Source: an uncultured Lachnospiraceae bacterium (lineage in GTDB: Bacteria > Bacillota > Clostridia > Lachnospirales > Lachnospiraceae). From it: a stretch of 64,000 bases of DNA. The stretch is from contig CAJOFQ010000006.1 of NCBI GenBank assembly GCA_905233955.1, positions 6,706 to 70,705 on the forward strand. Reading direction: 5' to 3'. The position numbers and the translations under genes were made by a program. The notes beneath the pieces were generated by a model. The model was not told the DNA's origin. It searched no databases and saw only the letters and a list, made by a program, of their open reading frames with translations. Position 1 is the first letter of the stretch. Each line of letters begins with the position of its first letter. Shown here one piece after another: positions 10,485 to 20,455 of the stretch.

Positions 10485-11486
10485 ATGGCGGCGTCTGATA
10501 TCGGAATAGATCTTGGTACAGCCAGTATATTGGTATATGTTAAGGGCAAGGGAGTCGTTCTGAAGGAACCCTCTGTTGTCGCTTTTGATCGTGATACAAA
10601 CAAGATAAAAGCTATCGGGGAGGAAGCCAGGCTGATGCTGGGCCGTACTCCCGGCAATATAGTAGCAGTTCGTCCTCTTCGTCAGGGGGTTATTTCTGAC
10701 TATACAGTTACAGAGAAGATGATTAAGTACTTCATCCAGAAGGCCATAGGAAGGAGAAGCTATCGCAAGCCGCGTATTTCGGTATGTGTGCCCAGCGGAG
10801 TTACCGAGGTGGAGAAGCGTGCTGTGGAGGATGCAGCATATGCAGCAGGAGCCAGAGAGGTTTTTATCATCGAGGAGCCTATTGCGGCGGCTATCGGGGC
10901 AGGGATCGATATATCCAGGCCATGCGGTAACATGATAGTGGACATAGGCGGCGGGACAGCAGATGTGGCCGTTATTTCTCTGGGCGGATCAGTTGTATCC
11001 GCTTCCATCAAGATAGCAGGAGATAACTTCGATGAGGCTATTGTCCGTTATATGAGGAAGAAGCATAATCTTCTCATAGGTGAGCGGACGGCTGAGGATG
11101 TCAAGATTCGCATAGGAACCTGCTTCCCGCTTCCACAGCCTGAGACTATGGAGGTACGAGGCAGGAATCTGGTTACAGGGCTGCCTAAGACCATTGAGGT
11201 CTCATCTGAAGAGACTAACGAGGCGCTTCATGAACCTACTGCGCAGATTGTGGAAGCTGTCCACAGCGTATTGGAGAAGACGCCTCCTGAATTGGCGGCG
11301 GATGTTTCCGAGAGGGGAATTGTACTCACCGGAGGCGGTGCCCTGCTTCGGGGCTTAGAGGAACTCATGGAAGAAAGGACAGGCATTAACACCATGACTG
11401 CCGAAGATCCCATGACTTGTGTTGCTATAGGAACAGGTAAATATGTAGAATTTATGGCAGGAGATCATTCGGGTATGGAATCCTGA
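10485..11486 (+). CDS. mreB: Rod-shape-determining actin homologue MreB/Mbl
   Basis: DIGIDLGTASILVY phosphate-1 motif, DIGGGTADVAV, and GIVLTGGGALLRGL. 333 aa. Confidence 0.9.
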   Translation: MAASDIGIDLGTASILVYVKGKGVVLKEPSVVAFDRDTNKIKAIGEEARLMLGRTPGNIVAVRPLRQGVISDYTVTEKMIKYFIQKAIGRRSYRKPRISVCVPSGVTEVEKRAVEDAAYAAGAREVFIIEEPIAAAIGAGIDISRPCGNMIVDIGGGTADVAVISLGGSVVSASIKIAGDNFDEAIVRYMRKKHNLLIGERTAEDVKIRIGTCFPLPQPETMEVRGRNLVTGLPKTIEVSSEETNEALHEPTAQIVEAVHSVLEKTPPELAADVSERGIVLTGGGALLRGLEELMEERTGINTMTAEDPMTCVAIGTGKYVEFMAGDHSGMES

Positions 11487-11498
11487 CCTTAAGATACC

Positions 11499-11528
11499 AA
11501 GTCATCGTCATAACGATGGCTTGTTTTT
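11499..11528 (+). terminator. Rho-independent terminator after mreB
   Basis: Stem AAGTCATCG (11499-11507) pairs with CGATGGCTT (11514-11522), with one G-U pair. The loop is TCATAA, followed by GTTTTT. Confidence 0.6.
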
Positions 11529-11596
11529 GAAAAACCGTGGCATCCGACAGTCATAGTCAGATAAAATCTGTCGTTTTAGAAGAGGAGATGTGACAG

Positions 11597-13729
11597 ATGC
11601 AGGAGAATAAGAAGTACACAGCTCTCATAGTAGATGATTCAGCGATGAATCGTGAGATCCTCAAGGAGATTTTGGAGGACGAATTAGATATAGTTGAGAT
11701 AGATAACGGTAGTGATGCATGTGAGTATATGATCAATCACTCATCTGAGTTGAATATAGTAATCCTGGATCTGGTAATGCCGGGGATGAACGGTTTTGAG
11801 GTGCTCAAGTTCATGAAGTACAAGCACCTGCAGGATACTCTTCCTGTTATCATGATCTCGGCTGACAGCGATGGAACTAACATTGAGAAGGCATTTGACC
11901 TTGGCGTAATTGACTTTCTGTCCAGACCTTTTTCGGAGAGAATAGTTACCAGAAGGGTTATGTCTACGATACGCCTTTTCAAGCGACAGAAGGAGCTGGT
12001 AGACGAGCTGGATCGTCAGTACAAGGCTGATGACATTCGCATTGATGATCTGACAGGTCTTGACTACAAGCAGACCTTCCTCAACAAGGTCTACACTCAT
12101 CTGAGAGGCAACCCCAATGATAACCTCTTGATGATTGCTGTTGACATAGATCATTTCAAATTGTTCAACAACTACTATGGCTGGGAAGAGGGAGACAAAT
12201 ATCTCAAGCTTATTGCCAGGTACATGAAGGAATTCACTCAGCGTTATGGTGGGTTGGCAGGCTATCTGGGCGGTGATGATTTTGCTCTTTTAGCTCCCAA
12301 GAAGCGCCCTGAGCTTTTGGCCTTTGCTAATATGGTCTGGAACAGCGACGAATTGTCGGGATTTGAAGTAGGCTTTGCGCCCAAGGTTGGAATATATGAG
12401 ATTAAGGATACCACGGAAGCTGTTGGGAGCATTTACGATCATGCCAAGATAGCTCTGGAAAGTATAAAAGACGATTATACAAAACGCATTTCCTGGTATG
12501 ATCACTCAATGTTCCAGAATGTAAGGGATGAATTTGAACTTCTTGTTGATATCAAGAGGGGAGCCGCAGCCAACGAATTCATATTCTTTGTTCAGCCCAA
12601 GGTCAATATGTTTACAGGCAAGATTGTAGGCGGAGAGGCTCTGGTACGCTGGGAGCACAAGGACAAAGGACTGGTGTCTCCCGGGGTATTCATACCGATA
12701 TTGGAGAAAAACGGCTTTATTTCCCAGATAGACAAGATGGTATGGGAGGCAGCGGTACAGTGGCTTAAGAAGAGACAGGATGAAGGATACAGGGCGATAC
12801 CTTTGTCCATCAATGTTTCCAGGGCTGATATATTTACTATGGATGTCTCTGGTTTCTTAAAAGGACTTTTAGAAAAATACGATGTGCCTGTAGAGCTCCT
12901 GGAGGTGGAGATTACTGAGAGTTCCTTTGTGGAAGAAGAGGATAAAATACATCACGAATTAAGAAAACTGCGAGACGCTGGTTTCACGCTGTTGATGGAT
13001 GATTTTGGATCAGGATATTCTTCTCTTAACACATTAAAGGAGCTGGACATTGATATCTTAAAGATTGACATGAAGTTCCTTCGTATGGATGTCACCAATA
13101 TTGACAAGGGTGTAAGCATTTTAGAGAGCGTTGTCAATATGGCCAGATCTCTTCACTTGCCTACTATCGTAGAGGGCGTGGAAACTGAGTCTCAGGTGGA
13201 ATACCTTACAAAGATGGGATGCACATATGCCCAGGGGTTCCATTTCTACAGACCTATGCCTGTAATAGAATATGAGAGACTTCTCTCTGAGGAGGAGAAT
13301 GTTGACTATAACGGAATCTTTGTTTCCAATCTCGAACCGGTTCATGTAAGGGAATTTTTGGACGAGAACCTGTTCTCGGATGTGCTGGTTAACAACATTC
13401 TTGGGCCGGTAGCCTTTTTTGAGGTTGAGGCAGACGGAACCGTCAGGCTTATCCGTATGAATGAGCAGTACAGCAAGCTCATAGGCCGCAATTTCGAGCC
13501 TGATGGACAGGAATCAGTTGAGATTATGATAGACAGAGTCAGGCCCAGGGAACATGATACCTTCCACGACCTGTTCCAGGCAGCCTATCACGCTCCCCTT
13601 ACTGGAGTTAAGGATGTACTGGACTTTACCAGGGATGATGGTCAGGAAATCGCTCTCCAGATCAGACTGTTCTTCCTTCGCAAGCGTCCGGATGTAAGAG
13701 TGTACTACGCAAGCGTTGTAAAGATTTGA
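11597..13729 (+). CDS. Response-regulator receiver / degenerate GGDEF / EAL phosphodiesterase protein with ~150-aa C-terminal extension
   Basis: REC domain (DDS.., LDLVMPGMNG). GGDEF-domain signature reads GGDDF (12269-12283). EAL signature motifs are present: EALVRW (12634-), DDFGSGYSS, KIDMKF, EGVETE, QGFHFYRP. Confidence 0.9.
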   Translation: MQENKKYTALIVDDSAMNREILKEILEDELDIVEIDNGSDACEYMINHSSELNIVILDLVMPGMNGFEVLKFMKYKHLQDTLPVIMISADSDGTNIEKAFDLGVIDFLSRPFSERIVTRRVMSTIRLFKRQKELVDELDRQYKADDIRIDDLTGLDYKQTFLNKVYTHLRGNPNDNLLMIAVDIDHFKLFNNYYGWEEGDKYLKLIARYMKEFTQRYGGLAGYLGGDDFALLAPKKRPELLAFANMVWNSDELSGFEVGFAPKVGIYEIKDTTEAVGSIYDHAKIALESIKDDYTKRISWYDHSMFQNVRDEFELLVDIKRGAAANEFIFFVQPKVNMFTGKIVGGEALVRWEHKDKGLVSPGVFIPILEKNGFISQIDKMVWEAAVQWLKKRQDEGYRAIPLSINVSRADIFTMDVSGFLKGLLEKYDVPVELLEVEITESSFVEEEDKIHHELRKLRDAGFTLLMDDFGSGYSSLNTLKELDIDILKIDMKFLRMDVTNIDKGVSILESVVNMARSLHLPTIVEGVETESQVEYLTKMGCTYAQGFHFYRPMPVIEYERLLSEEENVDYNGIFVSNLEPVHVREFLDENLFSDVLVNNILGPVAFFEVEADGTVRLIRMNEQYSKLIGRNFEPDGQESVEIMIDRVRPREHDTFHDLFQAAYHAPLTGVKDVLDFTRDDGQEIALQIRLFFLRKRPDVRVYYASVVKI

Positions 13730-13770
13730 CAGATATTGAGTTCCTGGCTTTTGTGGTATAGATTTTTGTA

Positions 13771-13800
13771 TTGACATTACTTATTGCGTCATGCTACACT
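13771..13800 (+). promoter_or_regulatory. Candidate sigma-A promoter for the ABC operon: TTGACA-18 nt-(TGc)TACACT
   Basis: TTGACA at 13771-13776, TGc at 13792-13794, TACACT at 13795-13800. Confidence 0.4.
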
Positions 13801-13844
13801 ATGCCGGTGTAAAAAAGCGAACATACATGTAGGAGGGAGTACAA

Positions 13845-14900
13845 ATGAACAAGAGAAAACTTATGGCACTGATGCTTGCAGGCGTCATGACTTTTGCAAT
13901 GAGTGCCTGTGGTGGAGCTTCTGGTACCAACGATGCTGACAACAGTGCATCTGAGGATACTGCAGCAGAGCAGACTGATGACAGCGCAGCAGATGAGGCT
14001 TCCGGTGATTCTTATACAGTAGGTGTGGTACAGTTAGTACAGCATCCTGCACTTGATGCTGCTACAGAGGGTTTTGAGGCTGCCATCAAGGAAGAGCTGG
14101 GAGATTCTGTTACAGTAGATGTCGAGAATGCAGCAGGCGATTCCGCACAGTGCGCTACCATAGCTAACGGTTTTGTAAGCTCCGGCTACGACCTGATCAT
14201 GGCTAACGCTACTCCGGCACTTCAGGCCGCACAGGCAGCAACTGCTGATATTCCCATCGTAGGTACCTCTATTACGGATTACGCTACAGCTCTTTCCATT
14301 GATGATTGGACAGGAACTACAGGCATGAACATTACAGGCTACTCTGATCTTGCTCCATTGGATGAGCAGGCAGACATGCTGGAGGAGTGGTTCCCTGTAG
14401 ACAGCTATCCTAATGTAGGTATTGTATATTGCTCTGCAGAACCTAATTCAAAATATCAGAGCACGGTTATTACAGAGGCTCTTGAGGGCAAGGGCTATGC
14501 AGTCAAGGAATACACATTTGCTGATACCAACGATGTAGCTTCTGTTGTGGATACAGCCTGCAAGGACAATGAAGTACTCTACATCCCTACAGATAATACG
14601 GCTGCAAGCTGTACCGAGAATATCCGCAATGTAGCAGTTCCTGCCAATACACCTATCATCTGTGGTGAGGAAGGCATCTGCCAGGGCTGCGGAGTTGCTA
14701 CACTTTCCATTTCATACTACGACATGGGATACCAGGCAGGTAAGCAGGCTGCTGACATATTAGCTAACGGCACTGACCCGGCTACAACCGAGATCGGATA
14801 CGCTACAGACCTTACTAAGGAATACAATGCCGAGATCTGCGAAGAGATGGGTCTTACACCTCTTGACGGATATGAAGCTATTGCAGTTAGTGAGGAGTAA
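13845..14900 (+). CDS. ABC transporter substrate-binding lipoprotein (ABC_sub_bind / PF04392-like)
   Basis: Signal peptide with lipobox MSAC, an acidic linker, then VGVVQLVQHPALDAATEGF.. and DLIMANATPALQAAQ.., typical of this SBP family. Permease and ATPase genes follow. Confidence 0.85.
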   Translation: MNKRKLMALMLAGVMTFAMSACGGASGTNDADNSASEDTAAEQTDDSAADEASGDSYTVGVVQLVQHPALDAATEGFEAAIKEELGDSVTVDVENAAGDSAQCATIANGFVSSGYDLIMANATPALQAAQAATADIPIVGTSITDYATALSIDDWTGTTGMNITGYSDLAPLDEQADMLEEWFPVDSYPNVGIVYCSAEPNSKYQSTVITEALEGKGYAVKEYTFADTNDVASVVDTACKDNEVLYIPTDNTAASCTENIRNVAVPANTPIICGEEGICQGCGVATLSISYYDMGYQAGKQAADILANGTDPATTEIGYATDLTKEYNAEICEEMGLTPLDGYEAIAVSEE

Positions 14901-14938
14901 AAAGGGTTTTTGCCATATGTAATTATGTTTCTTTAAGT

Positions 14939-14986
14939 GTAACTGTTCAAGACCGCCCTGGTTTTGGACAGTTACCTTTTGTTGTT
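14939..14986 (+). terminator. Intra-operon hairpin + U-rich tract (partial terminator/attenuator) between SBP and permease genes
   Basis: Stem GTAACTGTTCAA (14939-14950) pairs with TTGGACAGTTAC (14964-14975), with one G-U pair. CTTTTGTTGTT follows. Confidence 0.5.
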
Positions 14987-15024
14987 AGTTAGAATCAAAG
15001 TTGTCACAGACAAAGGATTTGGAC

Positions 15025-15963
15025 ATGGATATAACGGCACTTATTTCGGCTCTGCCGGGCAATGTCGCCCAGGGACTTATCTGGGGGATCATGGCGCTGG
15101 GAGTCTTTCTTACTTTTAAAATACTTGACTTTGCTGATCTGACTGTGGACGGCTCTTTGGCAACGGGAGGCGCAGTTACGGTTATGCTGATCCTGTCGGG
15201 CTGGTCTGCCCCGGCGGCGCTTGTTGCTGCATTTGCTGCCGGAATATTAGCAGGACTTGCTACAGGGCTGCTACATACGCTGCTTGGCATTCCTGATATT
15301 CTATCCGGAATTTTGCTTCAGTTGGCATTGTACTCCATCAATCTTAATATTATGGGTGGAGCGGCCAATATGGCTCTTCCTGTCAGTCAATACCAGCTGC
15401 TTGTTTCGCTCAGGTACATTGTTCCGACCATTATGGTTGTTGCAGGGATAGTTATTGTGCTGATTTCCGTCATGTATTGGTATTTCGGAACTGAGCAGGG
15501 AAGCGCGATCCGTGCCACCGGAACTAATCCGGCCATGAGCCGGGCCCAGGGTATCAATATTGACCTTATGAAGGTTATAGCACTGGCTCTTTCCAATGGT
15601 ATGGTGGCTTTTTCAGGCGGACTTTTGTCCCAGTATCAGGGCTTTTCAGATATCAATATGGGTCGTGGAGCGATAGTCATTGGCCTTGCCGCGGTTATCA
15701 TAGGCGAGGTTATCGGCAACGCCCTCTTTGGCAAGAGGATGAATTTCATTATCAGGCTTTTGTTTGTGGTGTTTGGAGCAATTTTGTATTACATCGCCAT
15801 AGGTGTTGTATTGTGGCTTAGGATGCCGACCAACAACCTTAAGATGTTTACCGCTATAATAGTAGCATTGTTTTTGGCTGTTCCCCATCTGAAGGACAAA
15901 GCTAACAATTCCTTTGCAAAAGCGGGAAGGAGGGGAGAGAGCATCCATGATTCAGCTAACTGA
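15025..15963 (+). CDS. ABC transporter permease (partner of the PF04392-type SBP)
   Basis: Polytopic membrane protein. ATG 15025 is preferred over the TTG at 15001. It overlaps the downstream ATPase gene. Confidence 0.85.
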   Translation: MDITALISALPGNVAQGLIWGIMALGVFLTFKILDFADLTVDGSLATGGAVTVMLILSGWSAPAALVAAFAAGILAGLATGLLHTLLGIPDILSGILLQLALYSINLNIMGGAANMALPVSQYQLLVSLRYIVPTIMVVAGIVIVLISVMYWYFGTEQGSAIRATGTNPAMSRAQGINIDLMKVIALALSNGMVAFSGGLLSQYQGFSDINMGRGAIVIGLAAVIIGEVIGNALFGKRMNFIIRLLFVVFGAILYYIAIGVVLWLRMPTNNLKMFTAIIVALFLAVPHLKDKANNSFAKAGRRGESIHDSAN

Positions 15964-16744
15964 TATCAGAAAAACCTTTAACCCCGGTACTATTAATGAG
16001 AAGCTCGCACTGGACGGAGTGTCTCTAACTATGAAGGAGGGGGACTTTGTCACCGTTATAGGCGGCAATGGGGCAGGTAAATCTACCATGCTGAACGCCA
16101 TAGCAGGCACCTGGCCCGTAGATGATGGAAGTATAGTTATAGATGGTATCAATGTCACCGGTTTATCCGAGTACAAGAGGGCAAAATACCTTGGCAGAGT
16201 ATTCCAGGATCCCATGACAGGAACTGCTGCAAGCATGGGGATTGACGAGAACCTTGCACTGGCAGCCAGGCGCGGAAGGATGCGCGGACTGGGCTGGGGC
16301 ATTCATAAAAAGGAACGGGAGGAATACCGCAAGCTCTTGGCAGAGCTTAATCTGGGACTTGAGGATAGAATGACCAGTAAGGTAGGTTTGTTATCTGGCG
16401 GCCAGAGGCAGGCGCTTACACTTCTCATGGCGACCCTGCAGAAGCCCAAGGTATTGCTTTTAGATGAACATACAGCGGCTCTTGACCCTAAGACCGCAAA
16501 GACAGTGTTAGAGACGACCCAGCAGATCGTGTCCGAGCATCAGCTTACCACCATGATGGTAACTCATAATATGCGTGATGCCATTCACTATGGTAATCGT
16601 ATTATTATGATGAATGAGGGCAGGATAATACTGGACATTTCAGGAGTAGAGAAGAAGAACCTCACTATAGAGGATCTCCTCCACAAATTCGAGGAAGTAT
16701 CCGGTGAGGAGTTCACTAACGATCAGGCTATTTTATCGAAGTAA
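15947..16744 (+). CDS. ABC transporter ATP-binding protein
   Basis: ATG 15947 is preceded by GGAAGGAGGGGAG. GGNGAGKST Walker A, LSGGQRQ signature, and LLLDEHTAALD Walker B. Confidence 0.9.
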   Translation: MIQLTDIRKTFNPGTINEKLALDGVSLTMKEGDFVTVIGGNGAGKSTMLNAIAGTWPVDDGSIVIDGINVTGLSEYKRAKYLGRVFQDPMTGTAASMGIDENLALAARRGRMRGLGWGIHKKEREEYRKLLAELNLGLEDRMTSKVGLLSGGQRQALTLLMATLQKPKVLLLDEHTAALDPKTAKTVLETTQQIVSEHQLTTMMVTHNMRDAIHYGNRIIMMNEGRIILDISGVEKKNLTIEDLLHKFEEVSGEEFTNDQAILSK

Positions 16745-16771
16745 CACTGTGGAATGATATGAGGATTTTTT

Positions 16772-18307
16772 ATGACTTTATCACAAATATTGATTATAGT
16801 TAGTATTGTAGCCTATATGGCTGTTGTCATAGGAATAGGAGTATATTTCTCCAGGAAGAACAAAAGCTCAGATGACTTTTATCTTGGGGGCAGGAGTTTA
16901 GGCCCCATAGTTACAGCTATGTCGGCAGAGGCATCGGACATGTCCAGCTGGCTTTTGATGGGGCTGCCGGGACTTGCGCTGATCTGCGGTGTGGCGGATC
17001 CTGCCTGGACTGCAATCGGTCTTGCAATAGGCACCTATGTTAACTGGCTTATAGTCGCAAAACGCTTAAGAAAGTATTCCCATATGGCAGGGAATGCCAT
17101 CACCATACCTGAATTTTTCAAGAATCGTTACAATGATTCCACAAATGTGCTTTTGGCACTGTCTGCCATAGTAATACTGGTCTTCTTTATTCCATATACC
17201 GCCAGTGGATTTTCAGCTTGCGGCAAGCTGTTCTCTTCTCTTTTCGGGATAGATTATCTCCCTGCTATGATCTTGTCAGCATTGATAATTTCACTGTACA
17301 CAATGCTGGGAGGTTTTTTGGCTGCGAGTACCACTGACCTGATTCAGAGCATTGTAATGTCGATAGCTCTGGTGATAGTTGTGGTATACGGTGTGGATAC
17401 CGCAGGGGGATTAGACAATATCATAAATAATGCAAAAAGCGTCGAGGGATATCTTTCACTTACTCAGATGGGCAATACAGCCACCGGAGAGGTTTCTGAC
17501 TATGGCCCGATTACGATTATCTCCACCATGGCGTGGGGACTGGGGTATTTTGGAATGCCTCACATCCTGCTTCGGTTCATGGCGATTCGTCATGAGGACG
17601 AGGTTACTCTGGCGCGAAGGATAGCGAGTGTCTGGGTGGTTATATCCATGTCAGTTGCAATTTTCATAGGAATTATAGGCTATACCCTTTCTGTTCAGGG
17701 TGTTGTACCCAGATATGAGACTACTGCGGAATCAGAGAGAATCCTTATAGCCATAGCCGGTATATTAAGCCAGCGGGGAGTTGTGTTGGCACTTGTGGCA
17801 GGTATAATACTGGCCGGTATTCTGGCTTGTACCATGTCTACAGCCGATTCACAGCTTTTGGCGGCTTCTTCATCGGTTTCCCAGAATCTTATGATTGATG
17901 TAATAGGAATGAAGCTAAATGATGCACAAAGGGTTATAGCAGCCAGGGTAACAGTTATTGTGATTGCTCTTGTAGCGATTGTTATCGCATGGAACCCTAA
18001 TTCATCGGTATTTACAATTGTATCCTTTGCGTGGGCTGGCTTTGGCGCTTCCTTCGGACCCATTATGCTGTTTTCACTGTTCTGGCGCAGAACCACCAGA
18101 TTGGGAGCTATAGCAGGCATGTTTACCGGAGGTGTCAGCGTATTTGTTTGGAAGTATATGGTCCGCCCTCTGGGAGGAGCATGGAATATATATGAATTAC
18201 TGCCGGCGTTTTTGCTGTCATGTGTTGTAATAGTGGCAGTTAGCCTTGCGACAGAAGAACCCGAGCAGGAGATTTTAGATACCTTTGACGCAGTTGGCAA
18301 AGTATAA
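16772..18307 (+). CDS. putP: Sodium:solute symporter family protein, proline-symporter-like
   Basis: 511-aa SSS-family membrane protein with a PutP-like N-terminus (..FYLGGRSLGP..) and about 13 hydrophobic segments. Confidence 0.8.
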   Translation: MTLSQILIIVSIVAYMAVVIGIGVYFSRKNKSSDDFYLGGRSLGPIVTAMSAEASDMSSWLLMGLPGLALICGVADPAWTAIGLAIGTYVNWLIVAKRLRKYSHMAGNAITIPEFFKNRYNDSTNVLLALSAIVILVFFIPYTASGFSACGKLFSSLFGIDYLPAMILSALIISLYTMLGGFLAASTTDLIQSIVMSIALVIVVVYGVDTAGGLDNIINNAKSVEGYLSLTQMGNTATGEVSDYGPITIISTMAWGLGYFGMPHILLRFMAIRHEDEVTLARRIASVWVVISMSVAIFIGIIGYTLSVQGVVPRYETTAESERILIAIAGILSQRGVVLALVAGIILAGILACTMSTADSQLLAASSSVSQNLMIDVIGMKLNDAQRVIAARVTVIVIALVAIVIAWNPNSSVFTIVSFAWAGFGASFGPIMLFSLFWRRTTRLGAIAGMFTGGVSVFVWKYMVRPLGGAWNIYELLPAFLLSCVVIVAVSLATEEPEQEILDTFDAVGKV

Positions 18308-18361
18308 CAGGATACAGGAATTTACCACAGCAATAGTTACACAGTATTATTAAGGAGCGCG

Positions 18362-20431
18362 ATGAGCAGACTTGTACGCCTGATGGCAGGCTTGAATCCA
18401 CCATCGAATGATGGTCCTGATAAGAATAACGGTTCTAAAGGGAATCCCCCCGGTGGAAGCGGGCCTAAAAGCCCGATGTCCATGTTTGTGCTTTTTTCCA
18501 TAATAGCTCTCTTGGCTACACATTACATGTACAACTCCTTCAGCGGCAGCACCGATCCGAAGGAGATGTCATATTCTACATTCATTAACCTTGTCAAGGA
18601 GGGACAGGTTGAGAGTGTAGAGATTGAGACCAAGAAAATCAATATTACACTCAAGCCGGATACAACCTATCAGGGTGGGGAAGCTGCTGTCGGTAAAGTC
18701 TCTTCAGATGCTGCACAGGGTATTACAACCTCCAAGCAATTGGAATACTACACCAATTTCATACCCGATGATTCTTTGCTTGAGACATTGGAAGAACACG
18801 ATGTGGAGATCAATGTCGCCAAGGAAGATAATACAGCGGCTATTATCTACAACCTCATAAGCTTTATTCTGCCGGTTGTGCTGTTGATTGGATTTTATGC
18901 TTATCTTATGCGCCGTTCAGGCGGCAATCCTTTCTCTGTAGGACGAAGCACAGCCAAGGTCTATGTGGAAAAATCCACGGGAGTTACCTTTGCTGATGTG
19001 GCAGGTCAGGATGAGGCCAAGGAATCCTTGCAGGAGGTGGTTGATTTTCTGCATAATCCGCAAAAATACACAGCCATCGGAGCAAAGCTTCCCAAGGGAG
19101 CGCTCCTTGTGGGACCTCCGGGAACAGGTAAGACATTGCTGGCCAAGGCTGTCGCAGGAGAAGCAGGCGTTCCCTTCTTCTCTCTGGCAGGCTCTGATTT
19201 TGTGGAGATGTTTGTAGGTGTGGGAGCGTCTCGTGTCCGTGATCTCTTCAAGGACGCCCAGAAAGCTGCCCCATGCATTATATTTATTGACGAGATTGAC
19301 GCTATTGGTAAGAGCCGTGACTCCCGTTATGGCGGCGGCAATGATGAGAGGGAGCAGACCTTGAATCAGCTTCTGGCTGAGATGGATGGATTCGATACCT
19401 CCAAGGGACTGCTGATCCTGGCAGCTACTAACCGCCCTGAAGTATTAGACAAGGCATTGCTTCGCCCGGGACGCTTTGACAGGCGTATAATAGTTGACAG
19501 ACCTGACCTTAAGGGGCGTCTTGAGACATTAAAGGTTCACTCCAAGGATGTTGCCCTTGATGAGACAGTGGATCTGGATGCAATGGCTCTGGCTTCAGCA
19601 GGTCTGGTGGGATCTGATCTTGCCAATATCATTAACGAAGCAGCTATTATAGCTGTTAAAAACGACAGAAAATATGTCAATCAAAGTGATCTTTTCGAGG
19701 CCTTTGAGCTTGTGGCTGTTGGAGGCAAGGAGAAAAAAGACCGGGTTATGAGTGAAAAGGAACGCAGAATAGTTTCCTACCACGAGGTTGGACATGCTCT
19801 TGTTTCGGCTCTTCAGAAGAATACCGAGCCTGTTCAGAAGATCACCATAGTACCCAGAACAATGGGAGCTTTGGGATACACGCTCCAGACTCCTGAGGAA
19901 GAAAAATATTTAGAGACAAAGGATGAGCTGCTTGCCAAGATCACTACCTTTATGGCAGGCAGGGCAGCAGAGGAGCTGGTATTTGAATCCTCTACAAGCG
20001 GTGCTGCTAATGACATCGAGAAAGCCACATCCATTGCCCGTAATATGGTTACCAGATTCGGTATGAGCGAGCATTTTGGAATGATGGGGCTTGCAACAGT
20101 TGAAAGCCAGTATCTGGAAGGTCGTGCTGCCCTTACCTGCGGCGAGACTACTGCAAGCGAAATAGACGGCGAGGTACTTGGCATTATAAATGACTGCTAT
20201 AACAAGGCGTTTAGTCTGCTGGATGAGAACCGCAGTGTATTGAACGAAATATCTGATTACCTGTACAAACAGGAGACTATCACCGGCAAGGAATTTATGG
20301 AGATGTTCAGGAACCTTACGGGTATCGAGGAAGAGGAAAAAGACGAGTCTCCTTCTGATGAGGATATGTTCGAGGATGAGGAATCCGAAGAGAACACAGT
20401 AGGCAGACATGTAGATCTGGTGGCGGAATAA
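18362..20431 (+). CDS. ftsH: ATP-dependent zinc metalloprotease FtsH
   Basis: [18 protein letters not shown] Walker [17 protein letters not shown] zinc motif. Also a low-complexity N-terminal tail and an acidic C-terminal tail. Confidence 0.95.
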   Translation: MSRLVRLMAGLNPPSNDGPDKNNGSKGNPPGGSGPKSPMSMFVLFSIIALLATHYMYNSFSGSTDPKEMSYSTFINLVKEGQVESVEIETKKINITLKPDTTYQGGEAAVGKVSSDAAQGITTSKQLEYYTNFIPDDSLLETLEEHDVEINVAKEDNTAAIIYNLISFILPVVLLIGFYAYLMRRSGGNPFSVGRSTAKVYVEKSTGVTFADVAGQDEAKESLQEVVDFLHNPQKYTAIGAKLPKGALLVGPPGTGKTLLAKAVAGEAGVPFFSLAGSDFVEMFVGVGASRVRDLFKDAQKAAPCIIFIDEIDAIGKSRDSRYGGGNDEREQTLNQLLAEMDGFDTSKGLLILAATNRPEVLDKALLRPGRFDRRIIVDRPDLKGRLETLKVHSKDVALDETVDLDAMALASAGLVGSDLANIINEAAIIAVKNDRKYVNQSDLFEAFELVAVGGKEKKDRVMSEKERRIVSYHEVGHALVSALQKNTEPVQKITIVPRTMGALGYTLQTPEEEKYLETKDELLAKITTFMAGRAAEELVFESSTSGAANDIEKATSIARNMVTRFGMSEHFGMMGLATVESQYLEGRAALTCGETTASEIDGEVLGIINDCYNKAFSLLDENRSVLNEISDYLYKQETITGKEFMEMFRNLTGIEEEEKDESPSDEDMFEDEESEENTVGRHVDLVAE

Positions 20432-20455
20432 AATCACAGATGGGAGGAGTGCTTA

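Noticed and set aside
18322-18350. TTACCA-17-TATTAT promoter-like sequence before ftsH
   Set aside because: The predicted TSS would fall inside or after the AAGGAG SD of ftsH (ATG 18362). That is incompatible with SD-dependent initiation, and the -35 is weak.
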